A stretch of DNA of 32,000 nt from Qipengyuania aestuarii (GCF_019711535.1 NZ_JAIGNP010000002.1:902318-934317), one strand, 5' to 3'; counted from the stretch's first letter, positions 1 to 9,248 are shown. The notes: a model not told the origin generated them from the sequence alone. A program made the numbers and translations.

Positions 1-723
1 ATCGCACAATTGGAAAAACAGGACGAAATCGTCTCCGTGGCTCAAGGGGCTTCATTCGAGAACGAAGCTGCTCGTGCCTTTTTTAAACGACACCTCGACG
101 GTTACTTCGCGGCTGCCTTGTTGATGCCCTACGGTCGCTTCCTGCGCGCCTGCGAGGGAACGGGATACGACCTTCCCGTGCTTGAGCGTCGGTTTTCAGT
201 TAGCTTCGAGCAACTGGCCCACCGTCTCACAACGTTGCAGCGAGTGGGGCAGAGAGGATTGCCATTCTTCATGATCCGGCTGGACCGGGCAGGGCAGTTT
301 TCCAAGAGCTTCATGGGGGCCAGCACCGCTCGCTTTGCCGCAGAGGAAGTATCTTGTCCATTATGGGATGCCCACCGCGCTTTCGAACGTGGCGGCGAAT
401 TGCTTACCCAATATGTCAGCCTTGATGATACGGTAGAAGGCCAAGGCGGCTGGCTTACTATGATGCGCAGTGTGGAGGGGAGTGGGGCTCCTGGCCAGGC
501 GCGCTTCGTCGTGGCCGTGGGCGTCGAGGCCGTTCTTGCAACCGAATTGGCGCAGGCCAGAGGCCTTTCGCTGCGCTCCGCCGATGCCCAGCCGATAGGG
601 CCAGGTTGCGCGCGATGCTATCGACTGGGCTGTACCCAGCGATCGTTGCCGCCTCGGGGGCGCAAGCTGCACTTCGACCGGATGCGGCGAGGCACCACGC
701 CGTTCGAATTCGGTGAGCGCTGA
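1..723 (+). CDS. XRE / ImmA-IrrE peptidase-like / DUF2083 transcriptional regulator (short-chain fatty acyl-CoA regulator ScfR/PrpR/RamB-like), C-terminal part only; the 5' end lies outside the window
   Basis: Frame 1 is open from base 1; the ORF track starts it at a TTG at 10. The translation contains FAAALLMPYGRFL, RRFSVSFEQLAHRLTTLQR, LPFFMIRLDRAGQ and a Cys-rich tail GPGCARCYRLGCTQRSLPP. I recognise these as the peptidase-like plus DUF2083 half of this regulator family. The N-terminal HTH is not visible. Stop TGA at 721-723. Confidence 0.65.
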   Translation: MAQLEKQDEIVSVAQGASFENEAARAFFKRHLDGYFAAALLMPYGRFLRACEGTGYDLPVLERRFSVSFEQLAHRLTTLQRVGQRGLPFFMIRLDRAGQFSKSFMGASTARFAAEEVSCPLWDAHRAFERGGELLTQYVSLDDTVEGQGGWLTMMRSVEGSGAPGQARFVVAVGVEAVLATELAQARGLSLRSADAQPIGPGCARCYRLGCTQRSLPPRGRKLHFDRMRRGTTPFEFGER

Positions 724-747
724 TAATCGCGTTAACCCTCTTTGTCC

Positions 748-773
748 GGAACCGGCTGAACGATTGCCGCGTT
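748..773 (+). promoter_or_regulatory. Candidate sigma-EcfG (alphaproteobacterial general stress response ECF sigma) promoter, GGAAC-N17-CGTT
   Basis: GGAAC at 748-752, a 17-nt spacer, then CGTT at 770-773. The predicted TSS is near 780, about 28 nt ahead of the ATG at 808, which has a GAGGAAGG Shine-Dalgarno at 793-800. This is an exact match to the described -35/-10 core, but a motif match only. Confidence 0.5.
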
Positions 774-807
774 TTCGTCACAATTCAGATTCGAGGAAGG
801 CAATGCA

Positions 808-1104
808 ATGACTGAAGAACGGATTACCGAGACGACTGACAGAGCCGGCAATACTCATACCACACACACGGTCGTGACCGATGGGGAAGGCCGCAAAAGC
901 AGCGGGACTTCCTGGGGTTTGCTGATCATCCTTGCAGTAGTCGCAATTGCAGCAGTGCTTATTTTTTCGCAGATGAGGGGGGCTGAAGTTGCCAAGGATA
1001 ACGCTGTCGCAGGTGCGGCAGATCAGGTCGGCGAGGCAGCAGGACAGGTCGGAGATGCCGCACAAAACGCCGGTAATGCTGTGCAGGACGCAGTTGAAAA
1101 CTAA
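808..1104 (+). CDS. Small single-pass membrane protein with an Ala/Gly/Gln-rich repetitive tail (hypothetical, possibly stress-induced)
   Basis: 98 aa with a strong SD 7 nt upstream. One hydrophobic helix, WGLLIILAVVAIAAVLIF. The C-terminal tail has reiterated units (AGAADQVGEAAGQVGDAAQNAGNAVQDAV). A canonical terminator follows. I recognise no named family. Confidence 0.65.
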   Translation: MTEERITETTDRAGNTHTTHTVVTDGEGRKSSGTSWGLLIILAVVAIAAVLIFSQMRGAEVAKDNAVAGAADQVGEAAGQVGDAAQNAGNAVQDAVEN

Positions 1105-1132
1105 AACATTCACTCCAGCGAATTGACGAGAT

Positions 1133-1163
1133 GTGACGCCTGCGCAGTTAGGCGTCACTTTTT
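1133..1163 (+). terminator. Rho-independent terminator
   Basis: GTGACGCC (1133-1140) pairs with GGCGTCAC (1151-1158) as a perfect 8-bp stem with a 10-nt loop, followed by TTTTT (1159-1163). It begins 29 nt after the stop at 1104. Confidence 0.8.
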
Positions 1164-1299
1164 ACCTAGAACAAAGTGTAAAGTTTACCGACAATTCAGA
1201 ATTTATCAGCCATAACCCGTTCTGTCGTTGAGAAAGACAAATGGGATATGCCGGTCAAATGTCCGTAGCCAAAATGATTGAGCCGAAAGCTCTTTCCTG

Positions 1300-3405
1300 A
1301 TGGATTGGCTGGGGTATACATCCTTTTTTTCTTACTGCGTGGGGTCACTAACGGCCGGAATCTGTGCGGTGTGGATTGCCCGGTTTGGCCAGCCCAGACG
1401 ATCCGATAGGTTTTCTGCAGTTATCGCGCTTGTTTTGACGGCGATCTGGTGCGCCGCTTCTGCCTGCGTGGATCCGTACCATCCCGTAACAAAGATTGCG
1501 GAAATTGGCGTCAATCTGGCGTGGATTTTCACGCTTCTGCAGCATTTCAGAATTGATGGACGCGATGAAAGTGTCCACATGGTTCGGCCAGTCGCCGTGG
1601 CGCTCGCATTCTCCGAGATTTTACAGGTAATCTTCGTTTCGCTCGATTATCACATCGCGGCTGTTTCGGGGATGGCGCCGATCTCGTCGGAGACGTCGGC
1701 ATTGCTTCGAATGCTGACTGCCGTGGGCGCCTTGGTCTTGGTGCATAATCTCTACGTCGGTGCATCGCCGCAATCACGCCAGGCCTTGCGCTGGAATGCG
1801 GCAGCAATGGCGGGATTCTGGATCTTCACCCTGAATTTGCATAATTTGGCTTGGCTCAGCGGTTCTTTTCCTCCCGAACTCATGGCGGTCCGCGGTATAG
1901 CAGTTGCATTTGTCGCCCTGCTTCTCGTTGCTGGGTACAGTCGGAAAGCTGTAGGGCTGACTTTCAGTCCATCTCGCACTGCTACCTTCCGCTTTCTCTC
2001 CTTGGTTGCGATCGGTTTTTATTTAGGGGTCATGCTCCTTCTTGCGAGCTGGCTAAATCTTCTCGAGGGCAACGGCCGAAATTTATCGAAGCTTGGCTTA
2101 CTTGTTGCTGCAGGCGCCGTGGCACTTATCTGGCTGCCGTCCGAGAAACTGCGCGGCTGGGTAAAAGTCACTGCGCTCAAGCATCTTTTCAAATATCGCT
2201 ACGATTATCGCAGCGAATGGATTCGTTTTACCCACACGATCGGCCGCGCAACGCCCGGCGAGAGGCCTCTGCAAGAACGGGCAGTGAAAGCACTTGCCGA
2301 AATTACGGAAAGTCCTTCCGGCGTTTTGCTTTTGAGTAACGAAGACGGCTGCTTGCAGAATGGGGGGCATTGGCGATGGGGTGATCTGGATATTCCACCC
2401 AAACCAATTTCCCCCGAGCTTGCGCGGATTTTTGAGCAAACCGGTTTAATTCTCGATCTCGACGAGAGTCGTGAGGGTATTCAGCATCACGGAGAGCTCC
2501 CTTATCTTCCCCGGTGGATGCTAGATGATCTCAAGATTTGGGCCGTTGTCCCGCTCCTGCATTTTGAGCGTCTCGTCGGGGCCGTGGTCCTTTCGCGTCC
2601 CTTGGTCGACCGAAAGCTTGACTGGGAAGATTTCGACTTGCTTGGCGTGGTAGGGCAGCAATTGGCGAGCTATCTCTCCGAGCAAGCGGGCCAAGAAGCA
2701 TTGTCGGAAGCGAACAGGTTCGATGAATTCAATCGGCGAATGGCGTTCGTCATGCATGACATAAAGAATTTGTCGAGCCAGATGTCCCTCCTGCTGCGAA
2801 ATGCGGAGAAACATGCTGACAAGCCGGAATTTCGGAAGGATATGCTTGTTACTCTGCGCAACAGCGCTGACAAACTGAATACCATGCTTGCACGTCTTGG
2901 GCGATACGGTACCGGCGGACAGGAAAAAATTCGTGCCTTTGATATCACAGGTCATGCCGGTGCGTTAGTTGAACGCTATTCGAACCTTCACAGTGTCTCT
3001 TTGCTGCGATCGGAAGCCGTGCAAGTGAGCGGACGTCCCGAGAGTTTTGAGCAGGCTTTGGCCCATATCATCCAGAACGCCATCGATGCCAGCGATCCAG
3101 AATGTGCTGTAACGTTGGAGATTTTTAGTGATGGTCTATTCGGTGTAGTTCAGGTGGCCGATAGCGGGGAGGGTATGAGTCCAAGCTTCGTGCGCAATGG
3201 ACTTTTTACGCCGTTCGTATCCTCCAAGGAGGGAGGCTTTGGCATCGGTGCTTACGAGGCTCGCGAAATGATCCGTTCCATGGGTGGGCGACTCGATGTT
3301 GAATCGCGGGAAGGCCTCGGCACACGGTTCACCATCAGCCTGCCGCTCATATCTGCACACACTCTTTTAAGTGCAACGACTATGAAGCGAAAGGAGGCTG
3401 CGTGA
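1300..3405 (+). CDS. prsK: PEP-CTERM (XrtA/exosortase) system sensor histidine kinase PrsK
   Basis: 701 aa. The N-terminal half is a run of many hydrophobic helices, followed by a GAF-like soluble segment. H-box FVMHDIKNLSSQ and ATPase boxes IIQNAIDAS, ADSGEGMS, GGFGIGAYEA are present. The architecture fits the PrsK family (TIGR02916), and the gene is translationally coupled to a PrsR-type regulator. The ATG at 1300 has no clear SD, so the start is less certain. Confidence 0.8.
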   Translation: MDWLGYTSFFSYCVGSLTAGICAVWIARFGQPRRSDRFSAVIALVLTAIWCAASACVDPYHPVTKIAEIGVNLAWIFTLLQHFRIDGRDESVHMVRPVAVALAFSEILQVIFVSLDYHIAAVSGMAPISSETSALLRMLTAVGALVLVHNLYVGASPQSRQALRWNAAAMAGFWIFTLNLHNLAWLSGSFPPELMAVRGIAVAFVALLLVAGYSRKAVGLTFSPSRTATFRFLSLVAIGFYLGVMLLLASWLNLLEGNGRNLSKLGLLVAAGAVALIWLPSEKLRGWVKVTALKHLFKYRYDYRSEWIRFTHTIGRATPGERPLQERAVKALAEITESPSGVLLLSNEDGCLQNGGHWRWGDLDIPPKPISPELARIFEQTGLILDLDESREGIQHHGELPYLPRWMLDDLKIWAVVPLLHFERLVGAVVLSRPLVDRKLDWEDFDLLGVVGQQLASYLSEQAGQEALSEANRFDEFNRRMAFVMHDIKNLSSQMSLLLRNAEKHADKPEFRKDMLVTLRNSADKLNTMLARLGRYGTGGQEKIRAFDITGHAGALVERYSNLHSVSLLRSEAVQVSGRPESFEQALAHIIQNAIDASDPECAVTLEIFSDGLFGVVQVADSGEGMSPSFVRNGLFTPFVSSKEGGFGIGAYEAREMIRSMGGRLDVESREGLGTRFTISLPLISAHTLLSATTMKRKEAA

Positions 3406-4769
3406 TGGAAGGAGCCAAGCCGAGACTCCTCATCGTTGAAGATGACGAAGGCCTCCAGGCTCAGTTGAAATGGGCCTACGACGATTACGAGGTAATTATC
3501 GCCGGTAATAGGGATCAGGCGCTGGCTGCTCTGCGTAGCGAAGAGCCTGACGTTGTTACGCTGGATCTCGGCCTGCCACCCGATCCGGACGGGACGAGCG
3601 AGGGCCTAGCTGTTCTTGATGCGATCATGGCGATGAAACCCGATACAAAGGTGGTAGTCGCTTCTGGCCACGGTGCGCGTGAAAGTGCGTTGCAGGCAAT
3701 CGAGCGGGGAGCCTACGATTTCTATCAGAAGCCCGTGGACATTGAGAAACTAGGTTTGATTGTCGGTCGGGCGGTGAAGCTCGGCCAGATCGAGAAAGAG
3801 AACCGGCGCCTTTCCGCAAAGGTTGGCGAAGAAAAGACGGTTCTCGGTAATATGATTACCGCGGCACCCGAAATGGCCAAGGTCGCCCGTACGATTGAAC
3901 GAGTGGCTTCGACCAACATCTCAGTCATGCTGCTAGGAGCAAGCGGCACAGGAAAGGAATTGCTCGCCAGAGGATTGCATGAGGCGAGCGACCGCCGAAG
4001 CGGTGCGTTCGTTGCAATCAACTGCGCTGCAATTCCTGAAAACCTGCTTGAAAGCGAACTTTTCGGCCATGAGAAGGGGGCATTTACAGGCGCGGTAAAG
4101 ACCACCGAGGGCAAAATTGAGATGGCCAACGGCGGCACTCTCTTCCTCGACGAAGTCGGTGACATTCCATTGACGCTTCAAGTGAAATTGCTGAGGTTTC
4201 TTCAAGAAAGAGTCATTGAGCGGATTGGCGGCCGTAAAGAAATCGCCGTCAACACCCGGATAGTCTGCGCGACCCATCAGAATCTGGAGGAAATGATTGG
4301 TGTAGGGACATTCCGCGAGGACCTGTTTTACCGGTTGGCTGAAGTGGTGATCAGAGTGCCTTCTTTGGCAGAACGCCCGGGTGATAGCATTTTGTTGGCG
4401 AAGCATTTCCTTACCCGCTTCGCACGGGATATGAATCCGCAAGTAAAAGGTTTTGCTCCCGACGCGCTGGCAGCAATCGATAATTGGCAGTGGCCAGGCA
4501 ATGTGCGAGAGCTGGAAAACAGAGTAAAGCGTGCTGTCATTATGGCTGAGGGTAAACTCGTTGGCGCAGAAGATTTGGATCTTGCAGAGGAAAGCGAGAA
4601 TGAAAGTCTTGCCCTGAATCTCAAGCACGCACGAGAGGCTGCTGATCGGCGGATGATCCGCCAAGCGATGGCTCGTAGCCAAGGCAATATATCCATGACG
4701 GCCAAGCTATTGGGTATAAGCAGGCCCACTCTCTACGACTTGTTGAAACAGTACGATTTGCAGGACTGA
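3405..4769 (+). CDS. prsR: PEP-CTERM-box sigma-54-dependent response regulator PrsR
   Basis: AAGGAGG at 3391-3397 lies 7 nt before ATG 3405, which overlaps the prsK stop (TGATG). The GTG at 3402 used by the track is an alternative start. The receiver domain has [14 protein letters not shown]. The AAA+ core has Walker A GASGTGKE and the sigma-54 contact loop GAFTGA. The C terminus is a Fis-type [22 protein letters not shown]. Fits TIGR02915. Confidence 0.85.
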   Translation: MEGAKPRLLIVEDDEGLQAQLKWAYDDYEVIIAGNRDQALAALRSEEPDVVTLDLGLPPDPDGTSEGLAVLDAIMAMKPDTKVVVASGHGARESALQAIERGAYDFYQKPVDIEKLGLIVGRAVKLGQIEKENRRLSAKVGEEKTVLGNMITAAPEMAKVARTIERVASTNISVMLLGASGTGKELLARGLHEASDRRSGAFVAINCAAIPENLLESELFGHEKGAFTGAVKTTEGKIEMANGGTLFLDEVGDIPLTLQVKLLRFLQERVIERIGGRKEIAVNTRIVCATHQNLEEMIGVGTFREDLFYRLAEVVIRVPSLAERPGDSILLAKHFLTRFARDMNPQVKGFAPDALAAIDNWQWPGNVRELENRVKRAVIMAEGKLVGAEDLDLAEESENESLALNLKHAREAADRRMIRQAMARSQGNISMTAKLLGISRPTLYDLLKQYDLQD

Positions 4770-4800
4770 CAGGATAAAGGATCGCGGCTAGGCGCTAGCC

Positions 4801-5784
4801 ATGGCGCTGCGCACACTCATATCCGATCCGATGCTTCCTATGTTAGCGGCCGCGGTCGCGCTGGCCGCTCTAATGCCGGCTGCCGGGCACGCGCGGGAAT
4901 TTGTGCAGTGGTCCGCAAACGCCGGCATATTCCTTCTTTTCCTGCTCAATGGGATGCGGATCCCCCGCAGCGAAGTTCTTGCTGGGGCAGCCAATTTCAG
5001 GTTTCTTGGCCCGCTAGTGCTTTGGAGTTTCGGGGCCATGGCGTTCCTTGGGCTGGGCTTTTCCATAGCAGCCCCGTCAAGCGTTCCACCCCTAGTGGCA
5101 ATCGGTTTTCTCTACCTAGGTGTCCTTCCGACAACGGTACAGTCATCCACATCCTACAGTTCGCTTGCTGAGGGAAATGTGGCGCTCTCTGTCATTGCTG
5201 CGGCAATCTTGAGCATCCTCGGAGTTTTTATCAGCGTTCCCCTCTTCGTCGCTTTGGGTGGCACGGGCGAAGGTGCAATCGGAAGCGATGTCATCATCAA
5301 GATTATGCTGATCCTTATCGTCCCTTTCGCCATCGGCCAGATCGTGCAAAATCTTACAGGTCCATTCATTGCGACCCACAAAGCGAAGATTATTTGGCTC
5401 GACCGCGGTGTGATCGCGCTGGCTGTTTACGTGGCGTTTTCCGGTGCGGTGGTGCAAGGCATTTGGACCCGTATTGATCCGCAGGGCTGGCTCTGGACTA
5501 TAGGCATGGTTCTGGCGCTAATCCTTGTTGCGCATTTGGGCGCGTGGCTCGCTGCACGAAGCCTCCGCCTGCAGGTGAACGATAGTATCTCGTTTCTTTT
5601 CGCAGGTGGACAAAAATCCGCCGCCATCGGTGCCCCGTTGGCAACCATTCTTTTTAAGCCATCGACGGCTGGATTCATCGTCCTCCCGCTACTGCTCTAT
5701 CACCTCTTCCAACTTGTACTTGCAGCTCCGCTTGCTAGTCGGCTGAAGTCGTTGCCTCGTCCGGATAGCGGCGATTATATCTGA
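4801..5784 (+). CDS. Bile acid:Na+ symporter-like (SBF-like / YfeH-type) membrane transporter
   Basis: 327 aa polytopic membrane protein. The N-terminal region (FLLFLLNGMRIP...) and overall pattern resemble the SBF-like family. The 3' end overlaps the convergent gene by 50 nt. Confidence 0.7.
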   Translation: MALRTLISDPMLPMLAAAVALAALMPAAGHAREFVQWSANAGIFLLFLLNGMRIPRSEVLAGAANFRFLGPLVLWSFGAMAFLGLGFSIAAPSSVPPLVAIGFLYLGVLPTTVQSSTSYSSLAEGNVALSVIAAAILSILGVFISVPLFVALGGTGEGAIGSDVIIKIMLILIVPFAIGQIVQNLTGPFIATHKAKIIWLDRGVIALAVYVAFSGAVVQGIWTRIDPQGWLWTIGMVLALILVAHLGAWLAARSLRLQVNDSISFLFAGGQKSAAIGAPLATILFKPSTAGFIVLPLLLYHLFQLVLAAPLASRLKSLPRPDSGDYI

Positions 5785-6802
5785 CAGACCACAGGAAGCT
5801 GAGACCAATCAAAACCGCTCCCAATAGGCCGGTGACCGTCTCAGGAATGTGATAGCGAGCTGACAGTAACATGATCATGCCCAGCACGATGATCGCCCAG
5901 AATGCGCCGTGCTCGAGATAGCGATACTGGGCGAGAGTTCCCGTTTTCACGAGGTGGATAGTCATGGAGCGCACGAACATGGCCCCGACCGACAATCCTA
6001 AGGCGATGATTATCATATTGTTCGAGAGAGCAAATGCGCCGATTACACCATCGAAGCTGAAGCTCGCATCGAGCACCTCGAGATAGAGAAAACCGCCTAG
6101 GCCAGATTTCACGATCTCTCCAACAGCTTTCTTCCTGGCCTCTCGCTCCTCGATTATCGCTGCTATCGCATGGACTGCTATGAACGTCACCAAGCCGAGG
6201 ATTGCGGCAGTGAGGAATGTCACATCGTCAGCTGCGGGTAGGAGAGTCGACACAAAATAAACAAGCAGCAAGACCAAGCCGATTTCGACGGCGGGAACAT
6301 TTGAAAACTTGTTGATCGATTGCTCTACAATACGAATCCAGTGCACTTCCTTTTCATTGTCAAAAAAGAAAGTCAGACCAACCATCGCGAGAAATGCGCC
6401 GCCGAAGCCGGCGATGCCAACGTGAGCATCGGACACTATTCTTTCGTACTCAGCGGGATTGTTCAGAGACAGGTCGATCGCTTCTAGCGGCCCGACTTGG
6501 GCTGCGATAGCAACAATGGCGATCGGGAATACAATCCTCATTCCGAATACCGCAATCAAGATGCCAATCGTAAGAAAACGTTTTTGCCAGACCGGATCCA
6601 TGTCTCGCAGCACGGTCGCATTTACTACAGCATTATCGAAGCTTAGTGAGACTTCGAGGATGGAAAGAACAAGCACAATCCACAAAATCCCGAGCGTGGC
6701 AGTGAGTGAGCCGGTGCTCGACCAGCCATACCAGGCAGCCAGCGCGAAGCAGATCGCCGTGAACACAAAGGAAAAGGTGTAATATTCGCGGATTGTTTTC
6801 AT
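5735..6802 (-). CDS. DUF475 / TerC-family integral membrane protein
   Basis: 355 aa. LEVSLSFDNAVVNA is repeated later as LEVLDASFSFDGVIGA, the internally duplicated TerC/DUF475 signature. The ATG at 6800-6802 lies 12 nt after the panB stop on the same strand. Confidence 0.75.
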   Translation of the reverse strand: MKTIREYYTFSFVFTAICFALAAWYGWSSTGSLTATLGILWIVLVLSILEVSLSFDNAVVNATVLRDMDPVWQKRFLTIGILIAVFGMRIVFPIAIVAIAAQVGPLEAIDLSLNNPAEYERIVSDAHVGIAGFGGAFLAMVGLTFFFDNEKEVHWIRIVEQSINKFSNVPAVEIGLVLLLVYFVSTLLPAADDVTFLTAAILGLVTFIAVHAIAAIIEEREARKKAVGEIVKSGLGGFLYLEVLDASFSFDGVIGAFALSNNMIIIALGLSVGAMFVRSMTIHLVKTGTLAQYRYLEHGAFWAIIVLGMIMLLSARYHIPETVTGLLGAVLIGLSFLWSVRYNRRYPDEATTSAD

Positions 6803-6814
6803 GTGAGGGGTTCC

Positions 6815-7687
6815 TCAGCCCTTCGGCTGGTAAGTCTGGTCAGATGACGGGAAAGCGCGTCCACGCACTTCTTCGGCATATTGCGCCACCGTCTTTTCAA
6901 TTACGTCGGCTATATTTTCGTATTTCTTGACGAAGCGGGGCACGCGATCGAACATTCCGAGCATGTCCTCGGTCACGAGGACCTGTCCGTCGCACTGCGC
7001 GGAGGCGCCGATGCCGATTGTCGGACAAGCGACAGCTCTCGTCGCCTCTACTGCGATTGGTTCGAGCACCCCTTCCAGAACGATCGCGAACGCCCCCGCT
7101 TCATCCAGCGCCTTCGCATCGCCGATGATCTTTTGAGCTTCCGCCTCATCACGGCCGCGAGCCATGTAACCACCCAGGACATTTACTGCCTGAGGTGTCA
7201 GCCCGACGTGTCCCATGACTGGTATGCCTCTTTGATTGAGGAATGCGACAGTCTCGGCCATCTGCTCGCCGCCCTCGAGCTTCACCGCTGCCGCGCCGCT
7301 TTCTTTCAACAACCGGGCTGCGCTGTCGAAGGCTTTTTCTTTCGAGCCTTCGTAAGAACCGAAGGGCATATCGACGACTACCACTGCATGGTAACTCCCG
7401 CGCACCACAGCCGCAGCGTGATTGACCATCATATCCAAGGTCACAGGCACGGTTGAAGGTAGCCCATATATCACCTGCCCCAGGGAATCACCTACCAGCA
7501 ACATGTCACAATGTGCGTCGAGCAGTTGTGCCTGTCTCGCTGTGTATGCAGTGAGCATGACCAGAGGTTCGCGGCTATCGCCTTCGCTCTTTCGTGCACG
7601 AATCTTTGGTACTGTCAGCCGCTTCATGGGCTGCGGTGTGGGATTGGCGCGGCTGGTGCTGGTGTCGAGCTGGAAGGTCGTTGACAT
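6815..7687 (-). CDS. panB: 3-methyl-2-oxobutanoate hydroxymethyltransferase (ketopantoate hydroxymethyltransferase)
   Basis: PanB motifs are present: [37 protein letters not shown]. The in-frame ATG at 7687 (MSTTFQ...) gives 290 aa. The track's start at 7789 adds 34 residues that look non-conserved. Confidence 0.9.
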   Translation of the reverse strand: MSTTFQLDTSTSRANPTPQPMKRLTVPKIRARKSEGDSREPLVMLTAYTARQAQLLDAHCDMLLVGDSLGQVIYGLPSTVPVTLDMMVNHAAAVVRGSYHAVVVVDMPFGSYEGSKEKAFDSAARLLKESGAAAVKLEGGEQMAETVAFLNQRGIPVMGHVGLTPQAVNVLGGYMARGRDEAEAQKIIGDAKALDEAGAFAIVLEGVLEPIAVEATRAVACPTIGIGASAQCDGQVLVTEDMLGMFDRVPRFVKKYENIADVIEKTVAQYAEEVRGRAFPSSDQTYQPKG

Positions 7688-7817
7688 GTGGCACGCCCTA
7701 GCAAGCGTTGTCGACAGTTGGAAGCGAGGCTTGGACAGGGGCAGGATTACGTGCTTAAAGCCCGCGCACGTGAGCAGTGCGGGAGGCACTGCCTGATGGA
7801 GAGGGAATTAGTCGAGA

Positions 7818-9248
7818 ATGGTCGCTGCCGGAAAAACTACGGGTGAGGGTTGGTCCTCACGCTCTGCATTCATTCTTGCTGCGGTCGGCGCTGCGGTCGG
7901 CCTTGGAAATATCTGGCGTTTTCCGACACTCGCAGGTGAGAGCGGGGGCGGTGCGTTCGTCATATTCTATATCGCCTGCGTTTTCCTGCTCGGCCTTCCT
8001 CTTGTCCTTTCCGAGGTCTTCATAGGCCGCGTCGGTCAGACCGATGCTGTCGGCTCTATCCGTAAAGTGGCTCAGGCATCAAAAGCATCGCCAGGCTGGT
8101 CCATCTTCGGTGGTATCGGCGCGGTTGCCGCCTTTCTGATCGTTTCCTTCTATTCGGTCGTGGCAGGCTGGGTCCTCTACTACGCGGGAGTGATGGGATG
8201 GGATCTGGTGCAGGCGATTACCTCCGGCGATTTTTTCCGCGGGGCACTTGCAGGCGAGAATGAAGCTCAGATCCAGCAGAGGCTGGGGGATATGTTCGCT
8301 TCGTGGCCGCTCCTGCTCGTCATGCACTTGGGTTTCATGGGGCTTACGCTTTACATTGTGGCGCGAGGAGTAAGTTCCGGCATCGAAAAGGCGGCGACTT
8401 ACCTTATGCCTGCGTTTTTTGTTCTGCTTATCGGACTGGTCGTTTATGGAGCGATAGAAGGGGATATCGGCGAAGCTGCCGCTTTCCTGTTCACCCCCGA
8501 CTGGTCGAAGCTTACACCTGAAGTTATGAATTCTGCGCTCGGCCAAGCTCTTTTTTCTCTGTCGCTCGGCGTTGCAGGCCTCATTACCTACGGCTCCTAC
8601 ATCAAGGAGAAAAGCAATCTGGGCGCAACAGCTGCTATGATTGCCATCGCGGATACCAGTGTCGCGTTGCTGGCGGGCCTTATGATCTTCCCGATCGTGT
8701 TTGCTGTGGGCCTCGATCCCGCAGCGGGGCCGACGCTGGTGTTCCAGACGCTGCCCTTCGCATTCCAGACTATGCCTGGGGGCGCGTTGTTCGGCTTTCT
8801 TTTCTTCTTGCTCATCCTCGTAGCTGCAATCACCAGTTCGATCTCGCTGTTGGAAGTGCCCACGGCCTGGGGGATCGGCGAACTGGGCTGGAGCCGTCCT
8901 AAATCCGCCTTGGTCTTTGGAGTTGGGGCCTTCCTGATCGGCATTTTCTGCCTGCTAGGTTACAACGTTCTTTCGGATGTAAGGCCGCTCGGATTCTGGT
9001 CGCTTTTTGCAGAGACGGACATTCTCGACACCATCGATGGGTTTACCGGAAAAATCATGTTGCCGCTCGGAGCGCTGCTTACGTCCCTCTTTATCGGGTG
9101 GAAAGCAGACGGCAATCTGCTTCGCACGACCACGGGCCTTTCACCGATCGCCTTTGGCGTGTGGCGGTTTCTCATCGCTTGGCTGTGTCCGCTTGCAGTG
9201 ACCATCATCCTCGTGACGGGCCTTTTTCCGAGCATCTTGGGAGGCTGA
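7818..9248 (+). CDS. Sodium-dependent transporter, neurotransmitter:sodium symporter (SNF/NSS) family
   Basis: 476 aa with about 11-12 hydrophobic helices. Contains the N-terminal NSS signature GLGNIWRFP. A purine-rich GGAGAGGGA at 7798-7806 precedes the ATG. Confidence 0.85.
   Translation: MVAAGKTTGEGWSSRSAFILAAVGAAVGLGNIWRFPTLAGESGGGAFVIFYIACVFLLGLPLVLSEVFIGRVGQTDAVGSIRKVAQASKASPGWSIFGGIGAVAAFLIVSFYSVVAGWVLYYAGVMGWDLVQAITSGDFFRGALAGENEAQIQQRLGDMFASWPLLLVMHLGFMGLTLYIVARGVSSGIEKAATYLMPAFFVLLIGLVVYGAIEGDIGEAAAFLFTPDWSKLTPEVMNSALGQALFSLSLGVAGLITYGSYIKEKSNLGATAAMIAIADTSVALLAGLMIFPIVFAVGLDPAAGPTLVFQTLPFAFQTMPGGALFGFLFFLLILVAAITSSISLLEVPTAWGIGELGWSRPKSALVFGVGAFLIGIFCLLGYNVLSDVRPLGFWSLFAETDILDTIDGFTGKIMLPLGALLTSLFIGWKADGNLLRTTTGLSPIAFGVWRFLIAWLCPLAVTIILVTGLFPSILGG

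Noticed and set aside
780-1200. 10-nt repeat ACAATTCAGA at 780-789 and 1191-1200, both upstream of gene starts.
   Set aside because: Exact 10-mer pairs are expected many times by chance in 32 kb, and the flanks are not conserved.
3933-4682. 249-aa ORF antisense to prsR. Similar long shadow ORFs occur at 12412-12954 (-), 13915-14568 (+), 20525-21073 (-), 23989-24906 (+) and 26729-27466 (-).
   Set aside because: All lie inside or antisense to CDSs with clear family signatures. Their translations are Arg/Ala/Pro/Ser-rich with no recognisable motifs. This is the usual shadow-ORF pattern in GC-rich DNA.
7688-7789. N-terminal extensions suggested by the ORF track for panB (to 7789), the hydrolase (15441-15539), LysE (21760-21879) and pstS (29158-29172).
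   Set aside because: The extensions are non-conserved or basic-rich, and in one case overlap the upstream gene. Internal ATGs give family-typical N termini, with an SD where one is visible. The pstS case remains ambiguous.
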